Shown piece by piece: positions 1 through 6,315 of a DNA stretch of 6,957 bases. The DNA lies in the NCBI GenBank assembly GCA_051294375.1, contig JBJCIZ010000885.1, positions 1 through 6,957 on the forward strand. Direction: 5' to 3'. The position numbers were made by a program, and so were the translations under genes. The notes beneath the pieces were generated by a model. That model saw only the letters and a program-made list of their open reading frames with translations, was not told the origin of the DNA and ran no database searches. Each line of letters begins with the position of its first letter. The first letter of the stretch is position 1. The DNA comes from Paraspadella gotoi (taxonomy: Eukaryota; Animalia; Chaetognatha).

Positions 1-1
1 G

Positions 2-520
2 AGAGAGATTATCCATTGGGAAAATGTCAAGGCCGCATCATTGGCCGCCGCCCGACTCCTCAAAGTCGTCAGAGTAGCACATGCCGTCAGTGAAGAACAT
101 AAAGCCCGCCGACATCGCCAAGAATCCGACGAGTTTTTCTCTCCCCACGGACAACCGCGAGCTCTGACCTGCAACGCATCCACCGTAAACGCCGTCACTC
201 TCATCCGAGGCATCAGTGGACGAGAGCCTACTGGAGTTCCAGTTGAATCAGCAAGCGACGACGACAATGGCATGCCATCTCTATATGCAAATGCAGTGCG
301 CCGACCACCATCGCCACGCGCTCATCCAGCGACCCTCTCGTGCCAGCTCGCCCATTCGCAGCAGCGCCCAATTGCAGTCAGCGACTCAACGCAGCAAGTC
401 GCCAATTGCTAAACGCCACCGCTCTCTCCACATCCGCGAACGCGCCCATGGAAAGCCAAGTGCTCTACATTGCATAACTTTGGCGCCAACGCTGTTTAAT
501 GTGCCACGGGATCTAACGCG
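2..520 (+). pseudogene. gag: Gag C-terminal fragment with degenerate CHCC-type zinc knuckle
   Basis: Frame 2 reads RLLKVVRVAHA...ESDEFFS, resembling the LP..VR..LA...AD segment of these Gags. At 461-502 it reads C-S-T-L-H-N-F-G-A-N-A-V-*-C, resembling the CxxHxxFGxxAxxCxxxC knuckle of CsRn1-like elements. In-frame stops at 410-412 and 497-499. Confidence 0.6.
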
Positions 521-589
521 ACGTGCCGCCCATAGCCCATGGCGCCGTCAATGCCAACGTCCAGCGGCCGCTAGTCGCCGCGTCGTCTG

Positions 590-960
590 CCGAAATGAAA
601 CTAAAACTATTTCTGTGCGCTGACCTGACGCCCGATTGCCTGGATGGCTCTCGTCGACGCGGCTCCGAGGCGATCGCTCATTCCCTGCTCTGCCTTGCGA
701 TCGCGCCGCCGCCAAGGTCGGATCCCGCAGCCGTAAAAGCGGCGGCTTACCGCGCCAATGTCCCCCACTTGCTCGCGCCTGCCAACGACACGCCATCGAA
801 ACTTTGGCATCCGAGAGATGGGGATTCTGACCGGAAAACGCGTTTTCCCGTACCTTTGTCAATCATCGCCGACGTTGCCACGCCCATTTCTGCGTGCCGA
901 CTTTTGATGGAGCACCATCTTAGGTGTTGATCATCAACGGTCGCATCCTTCTCAATCTCG
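590..960 (+). pseudogene. pol: Retropepsin-type aspartic protease (frameshifted)
   Basis: GTC GAC -GC GGC TCC GAG at 653-669 gives VD(S)GSE if one base is restored, followed by SLIP. Downstream are ANDTP(I)ETFG, IIADVATPI and ADF(L)MEHHL, matching the gypsy protease C-terminal IIADV..PILGADFL motif. Confidence 0.85.
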
Positions 961-1110
961 ATGAACACATGGTCATCTCAGGCCATGCTCACGATGCCCC
1001 TCCGCGCGGCACCACCCCGCGTCCTCCACGTCCGTGACGCCTACTCCTCTCTTTCTAGATGGGCGACCAGAATCACAAAAACTCGTCTTTAACTCGGCGC
1101 AGCCGCGAAG

Positions 1111-1790
1111 CACGGCGTTGAGCATCATATTCCGACGAAAGGTCCGCCCGTATTCGCCCATGCGCCCGCGCCTCGCCCCAGATCAGCTTGCCGCCGCCAA
1201 GGCCGAGTTCGAGAAGATGCTGGAACTCGGGATTATCCGTCGCTCTACATCCGCTTGGCGCGTCGCCGCTACACGTCACCCGGAAACCTGACGGCTCTCT
1301 CCGTCCTTGTGGCGACTATCGACACCTAACGGCGTCACCAGTCGACGATCGCGACCCATACCCGCCACCTCATGGACTCAACGCAGGACGCTCGCCGGAA
1401 AGAACGGTTTTTTTCAAAGATCGACCTCTGCAAGGGAATATCATCAGAACCCTGTCGGCGAAAGAAGATCGTCATAAAACGGCGATCATCACGCCGTTCG
1501 CTTTCTACGAGTTCCTCTTCATTGCCGTTGGGCTGAAAAACGCCGGTCAGGATTTCCAACGCATGATGGATCAAGTCCTGAGTGGCATTCCCCATGTCTT
1601 CGTCTACTTGGATGACCTGCTCGTGGCATCCCACTCACACGAAGAACATCAAGAGGATCTCAAAGCGCGTCTTCAACGCGCTCCGCCGACAAGCGCCTCA
1701 TCGTTAACCGGCGCCAAAATGTGTTTTCGGCGCCTCCAGCCTGGAGTTTCTCGGATACAACGTTGACAAAGACGGCGTCCGCCCCCTTCC
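1111..1790 (+). pseudogene. pol: Reverse transcriptase domain (frameshifted)
   Basis: HGVEHHIPTKGPPVFA (1111), AKAEFEKMLELGIIRRS, W-ASPLH, KPDGSLRPCGDYR, KTAIITPF, GLKNAGQDFQRMMD, catalytic YLDD at 1605-1616, KCVFG and LEFLGY at 1741-1758. Confidence 0.97.
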
Positions 1791-2400
1791 CCGTCAAAGG
1801 TAGAGGCGCTACGCGAGATGGCCACGCCCACCACCGTCAAAGAACTTCAACGTTTCCTCGGGTCTCAACTACTACCGCCGATTCGTGCCCCATGCGCACA
1901 TCATCTCGACCCCTTCTTGAAGTTCTCCGCGGAAAACCGCGCGCGCTAAAATGGGCGGCCCCGCAAGACGCCGCTTTCCAGGCAATCAAGGACGCTCTTG
2001 CCGATTCCACAATGCTGGTCACCCTATCGACGGCGCTCCTCTGCTCTTACGTCGATGCCTCTGACGTCGCCGTTGGCGCCGTCCTCGAACAGCTTGTCGA
2101 TGGCCAATGGCAGCCCTGGGTTTTCATTCAAAGCACTGAAACCCAAATCAACGAAAATGGCCGCCCTTCGACAAGGAGCTTCTCGCCGCCCACGCCTCGA
2201 TTCGCCATTTCCGCCCATACGTTGAAGGACGCCGCTTCACGCTCTTTAGCGACCATATCTCGCTTGTGCCGGCGCTACGGAAAAAGGCTGAACCTCACAC
2301 CATGAGGCAAACCTATCAACTGGCAGGCATCGCCGAATATATTGGCGACATCCGTCATATCGCCGGAAAGGCGAACGTCGTCGCCGACGCCTCTCCCGCC
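1791..2400 (+). pseudogene. pol: RT connection and RNase H domain (frameshifted)
   Basis: PTTVKELQRFLG, NYYRRFVP, AFQAIKDALA, VDASDVAVGAVLEQ (2051-2092), FDKELLAA, FTLFSDH and IRHIAGKANVVADA. Confidence 0.95.
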
Positions 2401-2639
2401 CGCCAACTCCTCCACCAGCGCCACACCGTCGAATATCCTACAAGATCAACCTGAAGTAAACTTGAACGCGCAAAAAGAGCGTGAGGACAATCGCCGCCAC
2501 CGTCAACGCCGTCGGCGCCCTCCCAAGTCAACTTTGAGGCAATGGCGCTGACCAAGCCACGACGATGAAGTCCAACGGCTCCTCAACGACCCTCCATACG
2601 GCGCTCCGACTCAAAAACGTCCGATCAGCAACACGACAA

Positions 2640-3613
2640 TCATTTGCGACATCTCCCGGCTCCCAGGCACGCCCACTTGTTCCGGCGTCATGGCGCCGGC
2701 GCATTTTCGATGCCACCCATGCATCGCCCACGGAGTCGCAGCGTCCAAAAAGCTCGTGACGACGCGCTTTGTATGGCCATTCAGCCTCATCCGACATCGC
2801 ACGATGGGCAGGTCATGCGACACTTGTCAGCGCGCCAAGACGCAGCGCCACGTCCGCGCGCCGCTCCAAGAAATTCGAACCACCAGCCAAACGTTTCGCT
2901 CATCGTCATATCGACCTGGTGGACCGCTGCCAGCCGTCTCTGGTCATACTCATCTTCTGACGATGATTGACCACTTCACGGCGCTGGCCGGAAGCGGCAC
3001 CACTTCGTGACACCTCCGCCGCCTCCGTCGCCGCCCGCCTCTGCAAAACTGGGTCTCTCGCTTTGGCGTAGTGTGCTTCGACCTCTTCCACGACGACCGC
3101 TACCACCCCCAATCCAACGGGATGGTCGAGCGCCTTCATCGGACGCTAAAGGCAGCCCTGCGCGCGCCCGCTGCGACGCCGCCGCGGACATAACTGGCTG
3201 GCGCAGCTCCCATGGACTCTCTTGAGCCTCCGCGCAACTCGTGAGAAGATTCGGACGCCTCCCCCGCAGAGCTAACTGCTGGCGAAGACTCTGACGCTCC
3301 CTGGAGAGCTACTTCCGGTCCCAACAACCGACGTCGACGCCGCCGCCAGCGCGCGAATCCTCGACAATCTCCGTGCAGATGTTGCTCTCATGCAGCCTCT
3401 GCCCGCCGCTTGGCATGCGGCGCCGCCCTCTAATGTGCCGGAAAATGCTCGCTGACGCCGACGCGTCTACGTCCGACGCGACGGACATTCGACGCCTGCT
3501 CCAACCACCTTACGACGGCCCTTACAACGTCCTCAAACGTGGTCCACAAACTTTCAAAATCGAAATACGGGCCGCGGCTCGAAGTGATCTCCGTTGATCG
3601 ACTGAAACCTGCC
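2640..3613 (+). pseudogene. pol: Integrase (HHCC, DDE core with internal deletion, GPY/F module), frameshifted
   Basis: His codons 2718 and 2729 and Cys codons 2816 and 2825 (CDTCQRAK). HIDLV-GPLP (Asp 2913), LLTMIDHFT, RFGV (3059-3070), YHPQSNGMVERLHRTLK (3101 onward), WLAQLPWTLL, QPPYDGPYNVLKR (3502 onward) and SVDRLKPA (to 3613). Confidence 0.95.
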
Positions 3614-3622
3614 GTCACCGAC

Positions 3623-3793
3623 GAAGTCGCACCACCTGAACCACCGCAGGCGCGACCACGTGGTCGCCCGCGTGCTCAGCAGCTCCGTCCACGGAAACGG
3701 AAGTTGCACTCCCTGATCCACCGCAGGCGCGACCACATGGTCGCCCGCGCGTCTCAGCAGCTCCATCTATGCCCCCGCCTCCGGAAACGGAAG
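3623..3793 (+). repeat. Imperfect tandem duplication (77 bp + 90 bp units) in the integrase tail encoding AT-hook-like RPRGRPR / RPHGRPR
   Basis: Units start at 3623 and 3700. Both contain CCACCGCAGGCGCGACCAC[G/A]TGGTCGCCCGCG...CTCAGCAGCTCC...CGGAAACG. Confidence 0.9.
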
Positions 3794-3968
3794 CGGCGCC
3801 ACTCGCGTTTCCCCACGACGCCGCAATTGCTCGTCGACAAATCTTCAATCAATCCCGGGTCTTATCAACGTCCTTCCCGACGATGCTTCAGCCGCCGGAA
3901 GACGACGACGAAAACGCCGACGCAATCCAATAACCTTTTCAAGCCTTCTCCCCACCGGTCAAAGGCTT

Positions 3969-3978
3969 GGTGGGGGGA
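3969..3978 (+). promoter_or_regulatory. Polypurine tract (plus-strand primer site)
   Basis: GGTGGGGGGA lies 2 nt upstream of the LTR start TGTGGACG. Confidence 0.85.
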
Positions 3979-4063
3979 TGTGTGGACGAACATCTAGAAC
4001 ACGCAACCTTGGTCAAACCACATGACCTTACCAACCTTACCTCGCTCATTTCCCCCCAACTTA

Positions 4064-4108
4064 TTTATGGTCAAAACGGTTGACCTTTATGGTCAAACGT
4101 TGACCTTT
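4064..4108. repeat. Two-copy 20-22-bp tandem repeat of GGTCA...TGACC palindromes inside the LTR
   Basis: TTTATGGTCAAAACGGTTGACC (4064-4085) and TTTATGGTCAAACGTTGACC (4086-4105). A third related unit, GGTCAAACCACATGACC, is at 4011-4027. Confidence 0.85.
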
Positions 4109-4176
4109 GTAAATACCATTGTAATAGACTTAGCATCTGAGCATTTTGACTGTTATTGTTTATAACGTTGTTGAAG

Positions 4177-4182
4177 AATAAA
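4177..4182 (+). promoter_or_regulatory. Candidate LTR polyadenylation signal
   Basis: AATAAA ending 32 nt before the LTR end, with GT-rich sequence (TTGTTG) downstream. Confidence 0.6.
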
Positions 4183-4272
4183 TCATTCTTACTCTGAAAC
4201 TTGTTGCGTCCACAGTATAATCCTTTCTTTCGTTGTTTTTGAGAGAATAACAAAGTTTTTGATTTAATTTGT

Positions 4273-4297
4273 ACAAATTCGAGCCTTCATCAACGCT
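4273..4297 (-). pseudogene. Disabled half-copy of the hammerhead ribozyme
   Basis: The minus strand reads AGCG-TTGATGA-A-GGCTC-GAATTTGT. Core C3 is changed to U (position 4293), and GAGCC-GAAA-CATGTC-TGCT is absent. Confidence 0.8.
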
Positions 4298-4326
4298 TTT
4301 TTACAGTTTTAGAGTGAGTTAAAGAA

Positions 4327-4329
<3 letters not shown>

Positions 4330-4357
<28 letters not shown>
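4330..4357. repeat. (GA)n microsatellite
   Basis: Uninterrupted GA run in the left arm of the fold-back. Confidence 0.95.
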
Positions 4358-4361
<4 letters not shown>

Positions 4362-4517
4362 AAGGGGGAGAGAAAGAGAGGAAATATATACAATTACATT
4401 TGGCAATGTACAACAGGGATAAAGATAATAGAAACTTGAAATGTTCTGTCTAATAACAATTTGAAAATAAATTAATTTGAAATATTTGTATATATTTCCT
4501 CTCTCTCTCTCCCCCTT

Positions 4518-4521
<4 letters not shown>

Positions 4522-4551
<30 letters not shown>
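4522..4551. repeat. (CT)n microsatellite
   Basis: Uninterrupted TC run, with a shorter run at about 4499-4511. Confidence 0.95.
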
Positions 4552-4555
<4 letters not shown>

Positions 4556-4675
4556 AATTTTCACTTCTTTTCACAACTTATTCAAAACTGGCCTTGTCTA
4601 AAATCTGTCCTCACCACTGACCACTGTCCTTTCTCAATTCTTTGTTGGAAGCTTTAACCTTGAACTTCTTCTTCA

Positions 4676-4700
4676 CTCTCTCTCTCTCTCTCTCTCTCTC
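4676..4700. repeat. (CT)n microsatellite
   Basis: Uninterrupted CT run in the right arm. Confidence 0.95.
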
Positions 4701-4746
4701 CCTTTCTTTAACTTACAAAATATGTTCAATTTCAAAACTGTAAAAA

Positions 4747-4790
4747 AGCGCTGATGAAGGCTCGAATTTGTGAGCCGAAACATGTCTGCT
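4747..4790 (+). ncRNA. Minimal type I hammerhead ribozyme
   Basis: Stem I 5' AGCG (4747-4750); core CTGATGA (4751-4757) plus one extra A; stem II GGCTC (4759-4763) / GAGCC (4772-4776) with loop GAATTTGT; GAAA (4777-4780); palindromic stem III ACATGT (4780-4785); GUC cleavage triplet (4784-4786); stem I 3' TGCT (4787-4790). Confidence 0.88.
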
Positions 4791-5134
4791 AAGATAAAAA
4801 ATAAAATCGTTGTACAAATTAAATCAAAAACTTTGTTATGTTACAAACAATATTAAGTACAGTAAGAGCTATAGCCTCAGCTAAAACTTTCTATCTCCAT
4901 GAAGCCCGTGTTCATAACGAATTGAAGTTTATTGTAGTATGATGAGTTGTGTGTGATGTTAAGAACTAAGTGGGCTCCTTCCGGGGAGTGTAGAAAAACC
5001 GATGTTCATTTGTCGTTCATCTCTCGTCAGCGGGCGATCCCTGGCGTTCACTTAGACTGTACTGAGAATTTCTACTCCGTAGTTACGTATTCAACAAAAG
5101 ATCAGTGTTTATACGTCGACGCTAAGTATCGCAC

Positions 5135-5205
5135 GCGTACGATCTCTCTTCACACTCCCACCTGTACGTGCAAACGGACAATACAATACTAGAGAGATCG
5201 TGCGC
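5135..5205 (+). other. Stem-loop: 15-bp stem enclosing a GCAA-tetraloop hairpin
   Basis: GCGTACGATCTCTCT (5135-5149) pairs with AGAGAGATCGTGCGC (5191-5205), 14 Watson-Crick pairs plus one U-G. The inner hairpin is TGTACGT-GCAA-ACGGACA (5163-5180). Confidence 0.6.
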
Positions 5206-5471
5206 ACCGCTGGACTTCGCCCTGTGGCCGTAGACTTTGCGGCTGCAAACTATCCCCCTCTCTTGAAAAGTCACTGGCCCCTCTTGACAATCCCATTGAG
5301 GTACCCACTCCGGTGTAAGATCAGCATCACCCAACTCCCACCAGTTGCGCCCTTGTCGACTGGATTGGCGTCACCCGGCGTTGCTCAGCATCACCTCCTT
5401 GTAGACGACCGACCGACTTCCCAGCGTCGACGTCAAGCAGCGCCAGTTGGCCGACTTGATGATGACCGGGA

Positions 5472-5747
5472 TAGCCGCCGCCGGCGTCGCCTCCCTGAAG
5501 ACGCCTCGAACGGCGACTCTGCCTCTTTGATCCTCTAGCCGCCGCCGGCGTCGTCTCCTTGACGACGCCTCGAACGGCGGCTACTCGTCTTCGTTGAAGT
5601 CTCCGAGATGACGCCCGTCTAGCCGCCGCCGACGTCGCCTCCTCGACGACGTCTCGAACGGTGGCTCTTCCTCCGCGACGATTCCATCTTGACGCCCGAA
5701 TAGCCGCCGCCGGCATCGTCACCTCACGCACTAGCCCTCGAACGGCG
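5472..5747. repeat. GC-rich minisatellite, four copies of a ~44-bp core with variable linkers
   Basis: Core TAGCCGCCGCCGGCGTCGYCTCCYYGAMGACGCCTCGAACGGCG starts at 5472, 5536, 5620 and 5701 (periods 64, 84, 81). Copy 4 is the most diverged. Confidence 0.92.
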
Positions 5748-6315
5748 CACTGCTCCGTCTTGACGTCTTTCTTTTCTGGATCAGTTGTGTGCAGCTTCGT
5801 GCATGTCGCAAGTTTGTTTTTGCAATGTGCATAGCGCAAGCTTAGTTGTGCATGATTTGCGTGTGCTTGACAAGCCGATCAGTATTGAAAGTTTCTTACT
5901 TGGAATTTCCTCCCACCTCTTGTTTTACAAGATTAATGCAAGTTTGTTTAGTAATTAAACACTGTATAGAGGAACAGAAAATAACAGTGTATACAGAATT
6001 TAACAAATTAATATGTACTAGACCTCCCCAGTATCAAAAAATTGTCTCTCAAGTTCTCACTCGGTTCGGTTTCCCGTTATTTATAAACATTGGATAAGTT
6101 TTAACTCAAATCTGGAAAAAAAATGTTACCGCGTATCAACCCAATGAAGCGTCAAAATCAATTAGCGCAAACCTCGTGTTGTGAAATTTTTTTCCCCCAT
6201 AAAATCTAATGATTTTTCTGTTTTGCTAATTTTTTACTAAAAAAGTGGCTTGTAATCCTTCAAAACTAAGGTAACCATTTATAGAGTTTATTTTGTAAAA
6301 CAGGACATCTGTGTC

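Larger units (their letters stand above)
1..4214 (+). mobile_element. Ty3/gypsy LTR retrotransposon, probably CsRn1-like clade; 5' LTR and most of gag not in window; frame-disrupted copy
   Basis: Domain order gag-PR-RT-RNaseH-IN (gypsy order) is recoverable across frameshifts and is followed by a PPT and an LTR with TG...CA inverted termini. Clade is inferred from the degenerate CHCC-type Gag knuckle and the pol motifs, not from a phylogeny. Confidence 0.95.
3981..4214 (+). repeat. 3' LTR (234 bp)
   Basis: Starts TGTGGACG (3981-3988) and ends CGTCCACA (4207-4214), a perfect 8-bp terminal inverted repeat that extends to TGTGGACG(C)AACA with one gap. It follows the PPT, contains AATAAA, and GC content falls sharply on entering it. 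Confidence 0.9.
4247..4839. mobile_element. Asymmetric inverted-repeat (fold-back) element, probably an inverted pseudo-LTR remnant of a Penelope-like retroelement
   Basis: The left arm 4247-4393 is the reverse complement of the right arm 4486-4839 apart from three internal gaps, with a 92-bp spacer at 4394-4485. The right arm carries a minimal hammerhead followed by AATAAA (4800-4805). The inverted repeat is seen directly; Penelope origin is inferred. Confidence 0.75.
4989..5929 (+). mobile_element. Second inserted element, possibly a long LTR of an unrelated retrotransposon
   Basis: Purine run GGGGAG (4983-4988) directly precedes TGTAGAA, and the block ends TTTTACA (5923-5929; 6/7 inverted match). 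It is visibly GC-richer than both flanks. No TSD and no second copy in the window. Confidence 0.3.

Noticed and set aside
41-3997. Many short ORFs on both strands as separate genes
   Set aside because: The + strand ORFs are frameshifted pieces of one gag-pol. The - strand ORFs are shadows in GC-rich coding DNA.
4290-4574. 94-aa minus-strand ORF with RERERE/SLSLSL runs
   Set aside because: It is a translation of (GA)n/(CT)n microsatellites. The same applies to ORFs 6226-6576 and 6406-6600.
4247-4839. Classical MITE / DNA transposon TIRs
   Set aside because: No TSD at the outer ends (GAGAGA versus GTTACA), strongly asymmetric arms, and the hammerhead points to a retroelement origin.
4939-5065. 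Box C/D snoRNA (ATGATGA at 4939, CTGA at 5062)
   Set aside because: There is no terminal stem adjacent to the boxes and no recognisable rRNA guide. Such short motifs are expected by chance.
5135-5205. HDV-like ribozyme
   Set aside because: I could not build P1/P3/P1.1 or a catalytic J4/2 strand. Only nested hairpins are supported.
5472-5747. CRISPR-like repeat-spacer array
   Set aside because: Linker lengths are irregular (20, 40, 37 nt) and the linkers resemble each other (TGACGCCCG recurs). The repeats are degenerate, there are no cas genes and the context is eukaryotic.
5327-5839. 170-aa minus-strand ORF as a real gene
   Set aside because: It runs through a GC-rich repeat where stops are rare. 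It has no recognisable domain, repeat differences are non-synonymous in this frame, and the last repeat copy is out of frame.
4957-6005. Alternative LTR boundaries TGTTAA...TTAACA
   Set aside because: No flanking TSD or PPT, and a 6-bp AT-rich match is expected by chance.
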